From Longimicrobiales bacterium (GTDB taxonomy: Bacteria > Gemmatimonadota > Gemmatimonadetes > Longimicrobiales > Gaopeijiaceae), in NCBI GenBank assembly GCA_965219445.1, contig CBDCNQ010000004.1:256001-320000 (forward strand): a DNA stretch of 64,000 nt, read 5' to 3'. Below the pieces are notes generated by a model that saw only the letters and a list, made by a program, of their open reading frames with translations, did no database searches and was not told the origin of the DNA. Shown here one piece after another: positions 1-9,395 of this stretch (its first letter is position 1; each line of letters begins with the position of its first letter). The position numbers and the translations under genes were made by a program.

Positions 1-343
1 GCAAAGCAGCGACCGCACGGGGTGGGCGGGCCAGCTTTCCGTCCGGCTCGGCCTCAGCGTGCGTGACGGTGCCCGCTCAGCACAGTTGAGTGGCATCTAC
101 CACCGTGGGCCATCGCCCATGGGTCAATTCTTCCTCACGGACGAGCGATACTGGGGCATCGAGTTGATCCTAGCGCCTTGAGCGGCGAACGTTCCGGCGT
201 CTCCGAACCGATGCACTCCCTGATTTCGGAGTCCAACACGATCAACCGTATTCGTGTGAGTCATAGCGAAGACGTCCATCTGTGCTCTGGAGGCCGCCCA
301 TGACCTACCCGCTCATGGAGCTGCGAGCCACGGGTTCCTTCCG

Positions 344-1705
344 ATGACGATTTCCGGAAACGGCACGTCCTCAGACGGCGCATCTTCACGCTTTCCCGTC
401 GGCATGTCCTCGACAAGCAGGAAGACGATCTGGGGGTGGGCGCTCTACGACTTCGGCAATTCGGCGTTCTTTACGGTAATCGTGACGTTCACATACGGGG
501 TCTTCTTCGCTGAGGAGATCGTCCCGGACGGGACCATCGGTTCGGTCGTTTGGGCGAACGCGATCACGGTAGCGGCGGTGATCATCGCGTTGACTTCGCC
601 CTTCTTGGGCGCCCTTGCGGACCGTGGCGGCCATCGTCGGCGGTACCTGTTCATCGCGACGACGATTGCGATCATCGGAACGGCCTTGCTCTACTTTCCG
701 ACTCCGGGAGAGGTGCGCCTGGCGCTGGTAATCTTCGTGATCGCCAACGTCGCGGCCGAGTTGGCGATGGTGTTTTACAACTCGTACCTGCCCGACATCT
801 CCACGCCGGACAACATCGGTAAGATCTCGGGCTATGGATGGTCGCTGGGTTACCTGGGCGGGCTGCTCGTCATGGGGATCGCGCTGGTCGGCTTTGTCCA
901 GACGGACCAGCCCTGGTTCGGTATTCCGGCGGGCGAGCTCGCACAGTTTCAAAATGTGCGAGCCACTACGCTGGTGGTCGCGTTGTGGTTCGCGGTCTTT
1001 GCCATCCCGATATTCCGGTGGGTTCCCGAGCCCGAACGCGCCGGTGCCCCCCCGCTCCGTGAACTCTTGCGGGGGACCGTTAGCCAGCTCAGGAACACCT
1101 TCGAGGACGTCCGGCGTTACGCTCAGGTCGCTCGGCTGCTGGTCGCTCGTCTCATCTACAACGATGGCCTCGGCATGATCTTCGGTATCGGGGCGATCTA
1201 TACCACCGAGGCCTTTGGCTTTACGCTCACTCAGGCGATGACGTTCGGTTTGGCGATCCAGGTGGCGGCCGGTCTGGGCGCGTTGGCGATGGGCTTTCTC
1301 GACGACCGAGTCGGTGGCAAGAAGACGATCCTCATCTCTCTGGTCGGGTTGACGCTTGCGGTCCTGTGGGCCACGCTCGCTCCGGCAGAGAGCACGAACT
1401 CCATATACGCGGCGGGGTTGGCCATCGGCATATTCATGGGTCCGAATCAATCCGCGAGCCGCTCACTGCTTGGCCGTTTTGCGCCCCCTGAAAAAGAGAC
1501 TGAGTTTTACGGCTTCTTCGCGTTCTCCGGGAAAGCCACCGCCTTTGTGGGGACCATCGTCTACGCGAGCATGACCACGGCCTTCGGGAACCCTCGATAC
1601 GGCGCGGGCGCCATCGTCGTCTTTTTCCTCATCGGCGGGCTGATCCTCCTCACCGTGGATGAGCGAGCGGGCGTGGCCGCGAGCGGGCGGACTGCTGCTT
1701 CATAG
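344..1705 (+). CDS. MFS transporter, UMF1/Atg22-like family
   Basis: About 12 hydrophobic segments; WALYDFGNSAF N-terminal motif, GALADRGG and SRSLLGRFAP motifs. The start may instead be ATG 404. Confidence 0.85.
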   Translation: MTISGNGTSSDGASSRFPVGMSSTSRKTIWGWALYDFGNSAFFTVIVTFTYGVFFAEEIVPDGTIGSVVWANAITVAAVIIALTSPFLGALADRGGHRRRYLFIATTIAIIGTALLYFPTPGEVRLALVIFVIANVAAELAMVFYNSYLPDISTPDNIGKISGYGWSLGYLGGLLVMGIALVGFVQTDQPWFGIPAGELAQFQNVRATTLVVALWFAVFAIPIFRWVPEPERAGAPPLRELLRGTVSQLRNTFEDVRRYAQVARLLVARLIYNDGLGMIFGIGAIYTTEAFGFTLTQAMTFGLAIQVAAGLGALAMGFLDDRVGGKKTILISLVGLTLAVLWATLAPAESTNSIYAAGLAIGIFMGPNQSASRSLLGRFAPPEKETEFYGFFAFSGKATAFVGTIVYASMTTAFGNPRYGAGAIVVFFLIGGLILLTVDERAGVAASGRTAAS

Positions 1706-1752
1706 CCATGCGTATCGTCTAGCATGTGTATCGTCTAGCCATGCGCATCGTC
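1703..1752 (+). repeat. Triple tandem repeat of 16-17 bp overlapping the MFS stop and the rsmD start
   Basis: tagccatgcgtatcgtc / tagcatgtgtatcgtc / tagccatgcgcatcgtc. Confidence 0.85.
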
Positions 1753-2316
1753 GCTGGAAAGCACGCGGGCCGGCACCTGACCTCCCCTGCCAAGCGGATT
1801 CGGCCCACCGCAGAGACGGTTCGGGACCGCTGGCTCATCCGTCTCAAGGACGACCTCGAGGGCGCGCGGGTGTTGGATCTCTTCGCGGGCTCCGGAGCGC
1901 TGGGGCTCGAAGCGCTTTCTCGAGGCGCCACATCGGTGGATTTCGTGGAAAACGGTGCGGAGGCGCTCCACTCGCTCAAAGCCAACGTGACGGCGCTCCG
2001 AGAGAAAAAGCGTACACGCATCTTCAAGCGGGACGCCATCGTCTTCGCCGAGGCGCTGGAGGAACACAGCTACGACATCGTGTTTGTCGATGCGCCCTAC
2101 GGATCGAAGAAATTGGACCGCATCGTAGGCATCTGGGCCGCTTGTCACTTCGCCCGGATTCTCGGGGCGGAGCACGCACGGGACCACCTGCTTTCCAGCG
2201 AGCGACTTCGAGGACGCACGCGGTTCAGCGGCGAGACGGGTGTGACGATCTTCCGTGCCTCGATCGTCGAGGGGCTGCAAAAGAAAGTGTTATCACCTCG
2301 CCGAACCGACATGTAA
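1741..2316 (+). CDS. rsmD: 16S rRNA m2G966 methyltransferase RsmD-like
   Basis: MRIVAGK..GR.L, RPT, VLDLFAGSGALGLEALSRGA; DAPY in place of DPPY. Confidence 0.85.
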   Translation: MRIVAGKHAGRHLTSPAKRIRPTAETVRDRWLIRLKDDLEGARVLDLFAGSGALGLEALSRGATSVDFVENGAEALHSLKANVTALREKKRTRIFKRDAIVFAEALEEHSYDIVFVDAPYGSKKLDRIVGIWAACHFARILGAEHARDHLLSSERLRGRTRFSGETGVTIFRASIVEGLQKKVLSPRRTDM

Positions 2317-2414
2317 CTTTTATTTATACGAGAAGATCTATTCGAGAACGTCGAGCAGCACAGCGGGCATGACCCTCGCGGGAGTCTATTCTGATTAACA
2401 GACGTTGGCGGCAG

Positions 2415-2891
2415 TTGCGCCAATTGATCGAGCGATACCGTTCGCGCTTCGAGGTGCCGCCGGCAGGATTCACCCTTCTGGAGCTGCTGATGGTGACCGT
2501 GATTGTCGGAACGCTTTCGACCATGGTCGCGCCGTCACTCCAGAGGGCTCGCGAGCAGGCGCAGGTCGGGGCCGCCATTTCCGAGATCAGAATCATCGAA
2601 GCGGAGCTGGCGATCTACATCGAGATCAACTTCGGGCCACCGGTGAGCTTGGCCGCGATCGACCGGGCGGGCCTGGTCGATCCGTGGGGATATCCCTACG
2701 TCTACAACTTAGTGACGGGCCCCGGGGGCGCGCGCAAGGACAAGTTCATGGTCCCGCTCAATACCGACTACGACCTGTACAGTGTCGGAGCGGACGGCGA
2801 GAGCGTCGGTCCCCTTTCTGCAAAGAAGAGCAAGGACGATGTCATCCGTGCCCTGAACGGAGGCTATGTCGGCCTCGCTTCGAATTTCTGA
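2415..2891 (+). CDS. Prepilin-type N-terminal cleavage protein (GspG-like pseudopilin)
   Basis: G|FTLLELLMV class III signal, DPWGYPYVY and YDLYSVGADG motifs. Confidence 0.85.
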   Translation: MRQLIERYRSRFEVPPAGFTLLELLMVTVIVGTLSTMVAPSLQRAREQAQVGAAISEIRIIEAELAIYIEINFGPPVSLAAIDRAGLVDPWGYPYVYNLVTGPGGARKDKFMVPLNTDYDLYSVGADGESVGPLSAKKSKDDVIRALNGGYVGLASNF

Positions 2892-2918
2892 TGGCATGGA
2901 CAGGATGAATCGGATTCA

Positions 2919-4676
2919 ATGAGATTCGACTTCGAGCACTTCAGAACCAAGATCGGTCGGAAAATCGTGGGCCTGTTCGTCCTTTGTGCCATCCTTCCGA
3001 TGGCGACTCTGTCGTTGGTTTCCTATTTGAGGGTCGAGTCGGAGCTCCGTAATCGGAACACCGAAGTGATGAATTCGGGCGCGTCCAACACTCAGATGGG
3101 GGTTCTGGAAAGGCTCCAAGCCGTCGAGAGTGAGCTGATCCTCCTGGCCGCCTCTCCCGGCGTAGACCGTGCACTCGAAGGAACGGGCGATGCTCCGAGC
3201 GGGTCGGAGTCCCTGCGGCGGCTCAGCGCCCTGACGTTGGCTATGTCGGATGCGACCATTTCGATCCATGGCGACCTGACCGATACACCAGAGCTTCCTT
3301 CCGAGACGCTCGCCAATCTGGACGGCGGCCAGAGCGCGTTGGCCGTGATCCTGGGTGCGGGTGGCAGGCCGGAGATCCTGATCGCACGTGCTCCTGCCGG
3401 AACGAGCACGGACGCCGGCATACTCTGGGGGCGAATCATAGCCGACAGCCTCTGGGCCACGGCACAGGTATACGCCGTCGGCGTCGCCGCCAGCGAGATC
3501 GACCTTCAGGACGACAGCGGCTACTGCGTGCTGGACGGGGCCCGGCGGCCCCTGGACTGTGCCGGGGCACTGGTGGCGTGGCTCTCCGGGGGGGTTCCCG
3601 AGGACATCGATATCCCGGAGAACACCGTTCACGGAGCCCTCTCATGGGCCACCGACCAGACGCCGTATGCCGGCCACTACCGCCATCTGTTCTTGAGTGG
3701 CTTCAACAGCGACGACTGGACGATCGTGCTCGCAAGAGACGAGCGAAGCGTACTGCAAGAGTTGGCGGAGTTCCGGAGAATACTGATCGGTTTCTTCGTG
3801 CTCACGGGTGCTTTGGTCCTATTGTTCAGCGCCGGCGGCATTCGCCAAAGCATGGAGCCGCTGGCCAAGCTCCGGGAGGGTACCCGCCGGGTCGCCGCAC
3901 AGGACTTCAGCACCCGCGTGCACATTTCGAGTGGAGACGAGTTCGAGGAGCTGGCCGGATCCTTCAACGACATGGCGACCAAGGTCGGGACCCTGGTCGA
4001 GGAGTTGAAGGATCTCAACTGGAGCACGATCACGACGCTCGCCCGTACCATCGACGCGAAATCTCCCTGGACCGCGGGCCATTCAGAGCGCGTGTCCCAG
4101 ATGTCTGTGGCGATCGCACGGGTTATGGGGTTGGGCGAGGCCGAGATTGAGCGGCTATATCGCGGCGGACTCCTCCACGACATCGGTAAGATCGGCGTAC
4201 CCATCACGATCATCGACAAGAAGGGGCGGCTCACCGACGAGGAGATGGCCGTGATGCGGAGTCACGTAACCGTCGGCGCGAAGATTCTCGAGCCGCTCAC
4301 TGCCCTCGAGGACGTGATACCGATCGTTCTCTACCACCATGAACGCTTCGACGGCAAAGGGTATGAGGCCGGATTGGCCGGCACGGACATTCCTCGGTTG
4401 GCGCGGATCCTGTGCGTTGCGGACAGCTACGACGCGATGCGCTCCGACCGGCCGTACCGTGCCGGAAGAAGCCCGGACGAGACGCTCGAGGAGATCGCTC
4501 TGTGCTCGGGAAGCCAGTTCGATCCGGACGCCGTCCAGGCCTTCGTCGAGTATATGTCGTCGGAGGAAGGAGAGCTCGCGTCCACGGGGAAATTCTCGCA
4601 GCCCTTCGGCGTGCCTGCTGAAAAGCGTGTGAGGTCGTCGCGCACACTCGCTGGTGGCGAGAGGGTACCCGCGTGA
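2919..4676 (+). CDS. Membrane sensor with HAMP and HD-GYP domains (c-di-GMP phosphodiesterase-like)
   Basis: Two TM helices, HAMP (DEFEELAGSFNDM), HSERV, LLHDIGK, HHERFDGKGYE, VADSYDAM, FDP. Confidence 0.9.
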   Translation: MRFDFEHFRTKIGRKIVGLFVLCAILPMATLSLVSYLRVESELRNRNTEVMNSGASNTQMGVLERLQAVESELILLAASPGVDRALEGTGDAPSGSESLRRLSALTLAMSDATISIHGDLTDTPELPSETLANLDGGQSALAVILGAGGRPEILIARAPAGTSTDAGILWGRIIADSLWATAQVYAVGVAASEIDLQDDSGYCVLDGARRPLDCAGALVAWLSGGVPEDIDIPENTVHGALSWATDQTPYAGHYRHLFLSGFNSDDWTIVLARDERSVLQELAEFRRILIGFFVLTGALVLLFSAGGIRQSMEPLAKLREGTRRVAAQDFSTRVHISSGDEFEELAGSFNDMATKVGTLVEELKDLNWSTITTLARTIDAKSPWTAGHSERVSQMSVAIARVMGLGEAEIERLYRGGLLHDIGKIGVPITIIDKKGRLTDEEMAVMRSHVTVGAKILEPLTALEDVIPIVLYHHERFDGKGYEAGLAGTDIPRLARILCVADSYDAMRSDRPYRAGRSPDETLEEIALCSGSQFDPDAVQAFVEYMSSEEGELASTGKFSQPFGVPAEKRVRSSRTLAGGERVPA

Positions 4677-5122
4677 AACGCGACGCAGGGTACGCATCGT
4701 GCAAATGGTACGCATTGGGTGCCTTCCTCCTGATCGGCGCGTGTGGACGCCCAACCTTCGACGCACCTCCGGCGAGCATCGAGGGGAGGTGGACCACCGC
4801 CGACGACCCACGGTATGCGGATCGCGCGTTCGAGATCACAGAAGATTTTCTCTATTTGCTACAAGGAGGAGACACGTTCGCGGTGCACAAGATTCGCGAT
4901 GTGGAGGTGATCGATGACGACCTTCCCCGCTACACTATCGAGTATCGAGGAGACGAGGGTGACTTGTTCACCCTCCGTGTCTACCTGTCGCAGGAGGAGG
5001 GAGGCACCCTCTTCTTGGCAAACCAGATGAATATGAAGTGGCGCAGAGACCCTGATGCCTCCGTGCCGTGGGGCGTACTCTTGGATTTAGAGAGAAACGA
5101 GGCGCCCCGATCCGGGTCGTAG
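4673..5122 (+). CDS. Hypothetical lipoprotein
   Basis: GTGA overlap with the upstream gene; LIGAC lipobox-like sequence. Confidence 0.6.
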   Translation: MKRDAGYASCKWYALGAFLLIGACGRPTFDAPPASIEGRWTTADDPRYADRAFEITEDFLYLLQGGDTFAVHKIRDVEVIDDDLPRYTIEYRGDEGDLFTLRVYLSQEEGGTLFLANQMNMKWRRDPDASVPWGVLLDLERNEAPRSGS

Positions 5123-5275
5123 CGGCTTAGGGGCTCAGGGCCTAGGTAGAGGCCGCTCCGGCCAGTTCCACACCGAGGCACACCGGGCCTCACACCCACA
5201 CTTGTTTGACAGAGCCGCCTCACCTCTGGCACTTTCCTTGGACACCGCCGGAACCTTTGCTCAAGGAAGCTGGCA

Positions 5276-6235
5276 ATGGAGCAGCGCGAGCCGGATCGTC
5301 TCGTCCACGGGGCCCTCGCAGGTGCGGTGGCGGGCATCGTGGTGGTTATCTGGTTCCTTGTGATGGATATGGTCGCAGGCCATCCGTTCGACACTCCCGC
5401 ACGCCTCTCGAGCGCCGTGTTACGGACCGAGTTCAGCGGACCGTTGCCACGCCTGATGATGCTCTATACGGTCCTTCATTTCGGAGTATTTATCGCGCTC
5501 GGGGTGGCGGCGACGTGGACCCTCGAAGTGCTCCGGATCCAGCCGGGGCTTGTGGTAGGCGGCGTGTTCGCGGTCGGCGTTCTCAACACGGTTCATTATG
5601 TGGGCCTACTCGTGACCGGAACCAACCTTCTCACCATCGTCCCGATTCAGCAGGTGGCCGCGGCCAACCTCCTCGGCGGCACGCTGATGATGGCGTACCT
5701 ACACCGGGCTCTCGGCTCCGAGGAGCCCTTCGGATGGAATGTGCTCCGGCGATACCCAGTCCTCTTCGAGGGCTTCGGAACGGGCCTAGTGGGGGCGGCC
5801 GCAGTCGCCGTCTGGTTCCTGATCGTTGATCTATTGGCCGGCTCTCCACTCCATACACCTGCCGCGCTGGGGTCGGCCGTGCTTCTCGGCGCTGAGAACG
5901 CCACCGAAATCGAGCTCAATGTGGCCGTCGTGGCCGTGTACTCGCTCCTCCACCTATCCGTGTTCATCACCGTCGGGATGGGCTTTTCTTGGATGGTCCA
6001 GGAGCTACACGGGGCATTGGCATTCGGGGTACGCGCCCTCATCGTACTGCTCGTCATGGAGGGCCTGTTCATCGGGTCGGTCGGCATGGTAAACAGCTGG
6101 ATCGTCCAGGAAATCGGATGGGTGAGCATCTTGGTGGCCAACGTCCTGGCCGTAGCCGGCATGAGCGGTTGGATTTGGCAGCACCACCCCGACATCCGAC
6201 GCCGAAAGGCATCCAGCGCACCGGTCGGAGTTTGA
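5276..6235 (+). CDS. Integral membrane protein with an internal duplication
   Basis: Two homologous halves: WFLVMDMVAGHPFDTPARLSSAVL..YTVLHFGVFI and WFLIVDLLAGSPLHTPAALGSAVL..YSLLHLSVFI. Confidence 0.75.
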   Translation: MEQREPDRLVHGALAGAVAGIVVVIWFLVMDMVAGHPFDTPARLSSAVLRTEFSGPLPRLMMLYTVLHFGVFIALGVAATWTLEVLRIQPGLVVGGVFAVGVLNTVHYVGLLVTGTNLLTIVPIQQVAAANLLGGTLMMAYLHRALGSEEPFGWNVLRRYPVLFEGFGTGLVGAAAVAVWFLIVDLLAGSPLHTPAALGSAVLLGAENATEIELNVAVVAVYSLLHLSVFITVGMGFSWMVQELHGALAFGVRALIVLLVMEGLFIGSVGMVNSWIVQEIGWVSILVANVLAVAGMSGWIWQHHPDIRRRKASSAPVGV

Positions 6236-6304
6236 GCTACGGCACTTCACGCAGCCTCACGTTCCCGCTGGGGCCTCCGCCCCGGCACAAACCACGGAGG
6301 ATCA

Positions 6305-7093
6305 ATGACCGCACCCAGTGTACCCACCGTACCGAATGTGGACCGGGATGTCCTTCGAGAAGCGATCCAAGAGGAGTACGAGGTGGTCGCCTGCGAGCCC
6401 CGGCGTGGGTTCCACTTTCACACGGGCCGGCCGCTCGCCGAGATCCTGGGCTATCAGGAGGAGTGGCTCGACGGATTACCCGATGGCTCCATCGAGTCGT
6501 TCGCGGGCACGGGTAACCCGTTCAGTCTGGGAGCGTTGGCCCCCGAAGAGCAGGTCGTGGACATCGGCTGTGGCGCCGGCATCGACTCCCTCATCGCCGC
6601 AAGGATGGTCGGCCCGGAGGGGGCAGTGATCGGCGTCGACATGACGCCCTCCATGCTCGAAAAAGCGAAAGCCGGGGCAAAGGATCTGGACCACGTGGAA
6701 TTCCGGCTCGGGTTCGGCGAGGAGCTTCCCCTACCGGACGGATGGGCGGATGTCGTGATCTCCAACGGCGTCGTGAACCTGATGCCGGACAAGCATGAGG
6801 CCTTCACCGAGATGGCGCGGGTGCTCAAGCCCGGGGGGCGCATTCAGATCGGTGATATCCTCGTTGACCGACCCGTGCCCGAAAACTCCAAGGAGGATAT
6901 CGAACTCTGGACCGGCTGAATCGCGGGTGCTCTGCTGGAAGCAGAGCTCAAAGCCACGGTCGTGGCTGCGGGATTCACGGACTTCGAGATCACCTGGCGG
7001 GCTGACGTATTCAAGGGAGCTCCCCAGCAGTCGAGCGCGGCGAAGTTCGGAACGAGCGGAATCAACTACCGAGCAACGAAGGCGGCCAGCTGA
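6305..7093 (+). CDS. ArsM-like SAM-dependent methyltransferase, probable selenoprotein (UGA 6917-6919 read as Sec)
   Basis: VVDIGCGAGIDS SAM motif. The frame continues past TGA as LWTG*IAGAL (ArsM motif W-x-G-C-I-A-G-A-L) to TGA 7091-7093, and a SECIS-like hairpin follows the UGA. Confidence 0.85.
6929..6947 (+). promoter_or_regulatory. Putative bacterial SECIS hairpin
   Basis: GCTCTGCT-GGA-AGCAGAGC, perfect 8-bp stem; the G-leading loop starts 18 nt after the UGA. Confidence 0.7.
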
Positions 7094-7276
7094 ATGGACA
7101 GACGGACCCTGCTCAAAACCGGTACCCTGGGCGTCCTGGGACTGGGACTCGGCGGGTGCGCGACGGGATCGGGTCGGAGCGGCTCGCTGGTCTTCGCCTC
7201 TATCCATGCGGCCCTCCTTCAGGACTTCCCCCACCGGCCTATAATCGATCCTGGAACGGTGATCCGTAGGCCCTGA
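7094..7276 (+). pseudogene. N-terminal fragment of a Tat-exported lipoprotein
   Basis: MDRRTLLK twin-arginine signal and LGGC lipobox, then termination after about 40 more residues. Confidence 0.5.
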
Positions 7277-7284
7277 CCGGCCAG

Positions 7285-9159
7285 TTACGGCAGCCGGTAC
7301 GTCACCACCGCGTCGGTAGCGGCCAGTGCCACGTACTGGTTGCCGTCGGACCCCAGATAGGTCATGGGATTTGCGTTTCCTCTCCGATCCAGCGTGCTCA
7401 CCCAGAGCTCCCGGCCGGTCGTGGCATCCAGGGCACGAAATCGGCTGTCATCGGTCGCCGCGATGAACAAGAGGCCGCTAGCGGTGACGATGGCAGCCGC
7501 ACGCCCGGGCCGACCGGTGTTCTGTCGGCCTGCGGGAAGTCCCTCGGTGATGCCGAGGGGCTGTTGCCACACGACTTCGCCCGTCGAGCCGTCGACCGCG
7601 CTCAGCCGACCCCACGGCGGCTTCTGGCACGGCCAGCGCGCATCCCCGATCGGGACGTCGAAACTCGACGGACGTGGGCCGCCCCGCTGATATGGAAAGA
7701 GCGAACCCTCCTCAGCCTCCTCCACCCAGCCCAGCGAGCCGAGATCCTGGCTGAATACGAAGACGAATCCGGAGTTCGGATCGAATGAGGCGCCGCCCCA
7801 GTTGGGGCCGCCGACCAATCCCGGGAACAAGAGCGTGGTCCTGCGGGACGTGCCGTCCGCGCGATACACCCACGGAGTGAAGGCGCCGGCGTTGTAGAGC
7901 TCTCCCATGCTTTCGACCAGGTCCCTACAGGCCGCAGCGTGTTCGGGGGAGGTGTCTTCGGCAGTAACCAGATCCATCGGCTCGTAGCTGACACGGGCCA
8001 GGGCCGGCGGGCTCACGGGAATCGGCTGGGTCGGAAACGTTTCTTCGCCGGGAACATCGCTCTGCGCAACCGGCCGCTCCTCCACCCCGAAGATGGGTTC
8101 GCCGGTGTCCCGATCGAGGATGTACAAGTAGCCGGACTTGGTGGTCACGCCGAGCGCTGCGACCGTGCCTCCATCACGCGGAACATCGAACAACACGGGC
8201 CCTGCGGGTGGGTCGTGATCCCACAGGTCGTGATGGATGGTCTGGAAGTGCCATACGTACTCCCCGGTCCGGATGTCCACCGCGACCAACGAATTGGCGA
8301 AAAGATTCGCGCCCGCCCGGTCTCCCCCGTAGGCGAAGGGGATGGGTGAGGCTAGGGGCAGATACACGTGTCCGCGCTGCTCGTCCATGGTGAAGTAGAA
8401 CGGCCAAGCGTTGGCGCCGAGGCGGCCCTGCCAGCTATCGCCCTCCCACGTGTCGTGTCCGACGCTCCCAGGCTGGGGAACGGAGCCGAATTCCCACACT
8501 TTCTCGCCCGTGCGGGCGTCGAAGGCGCGCGCGTTGCCGATGCCCCCGATGGTGCCGCGCGGCGTGTTCGCGCCGACCACGATGATGTTCTCGTAGACCA
8601 ACGGCACCGAGATGTACGGCACCATCATGTCGATCTCGCCCGACTGTCCGAAGCCCGCCGCCGGTGTGCCGGTCGCCGCGTCGAGTGCGACCAGGCGCCG
8701 CCTGGCAGTGAAAAAGATGCGCGGTGGTGTGCCCTCCTCACCCGCCCAGTAGGAGACACCGCGCCGTGAGGGCGCGCCGTCGACGACGGAATGCCACCAG
8801 ATCGGCTCACCAGTCGCCGCGTCGAGCGCGACTACGCGGTCCACGGTCGGAAAGTACATGACGTCACCGACCACGATCGGTGTCGCCTGCGAGTTCGGAT
8901 CCCGGCTTTCCCCCGGCCCCGGAGTGCCGGGGAATGGGGGAGTGCGTAGCGAGTAGCTCCAACCCCGAGTCAGGCTTGTGACGTTGCTGGGCGTTATCTG
9001 TGTCAGCGGCGAATAGCCGGTCCCACCCAGGTCGCCGCGATACATCGGCCAATCGACGTGAGTCGGCGTATCGAGCCCTTGCGGGGCACATCCAGTGCCG
9101 ACAAGAACGACCGCAAGCAACGCACCGGTGCTCGTGAACGTGAGGCGCGTTGCTGGCAT
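7285..9159 (-). CDS. PQQ-dependent dehydrogenase (quinoprotein glucose dehydrogenase-like)
   Basis: WPMYRGD..GTGYSPLTQI, ALDAATG repeats, WHFQTIHHDLWDHD, KPPWGRL, NPMTY. Confidence 0.9.
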   Translation of the reverse strand: MPATRLTFTSTGALLAVVLVGTGCAPQGLDTPTHVDWPMYRGDLGGTGYSPLTQITPSNVTSLTRGWSYSLRTPPFPGTPGPGESRDPNSQATPIVVGDVMYFPTVDRVVALDAATGEPIWWHSVVDGAPSRRGVSYWAGEEGTPPRIFFTARRRLVALDAATGTPAAGFGQSGEIDMMVPYISVPLVYENIIVVGANTPRGTIGGIGNARAFDARTGEKVWEFGSVPQPGSVGHDTWEGDSWQGRLGANAWPFYFTMDEQRGHVYLPLASPIPFAYGGDRAGANLFANSLVAVDIRTGEYVWHFQTIHHDLWDHDPPAGPVLFDVPRDGGTVAALGVTTKSGYLYILDRDTGEPIFGVEERPVAQSDVPGEETFPTQPIPVSPPALARVSYEPMDLVTAEDTSPEHAAACRDLVESMGELYNAGAFTPWVYRADGTSRRTTLLFPGLVGGPNWGGASFDPNSGFVFVFSQDLGSLGWVEEAEEGSLFPYQRGGPRPSSFDVPIGDARWPCQKPPWGRLSAVDGSTGEVVWQQPLGITEGLPAGRQNTGRPGRAAAIVTASGLLFIAATDDSRFRALDATTGRELWVSTLDRRGNANPMTYLGSDGNQYVALAATDAVVTYRLP

Positions 9160-9395
9160 GAGGTTCCCCCTTCTTATCGGGCCCGATTCATCGACGTCGT
9201 AGTCGCCTCGATATCGCTCCGACACCAGGACGTTGCCTATCTTAACTCACGAGGCGGGCCCGTGCATGGGTCGCGATACCCACTTTGCACGGCCGGCTCA
9301 GGGGTCGGCCGAAGTCGCAATGAGGGTGTGTATTCACGGCGTCAATCGCGACGTCGGGCCACTGGTTCTCGCTGGATTCGATCCCGGATCCTGGT

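Noticed and set aside
386..1450. Long antisense ORFs (also 11965-12750, 18453-19613, 23824-25038, 45452-46480 and others)
   Set aside because: Shadow frames of well-supported genes in high-GC DNA; no recognisable motifs.
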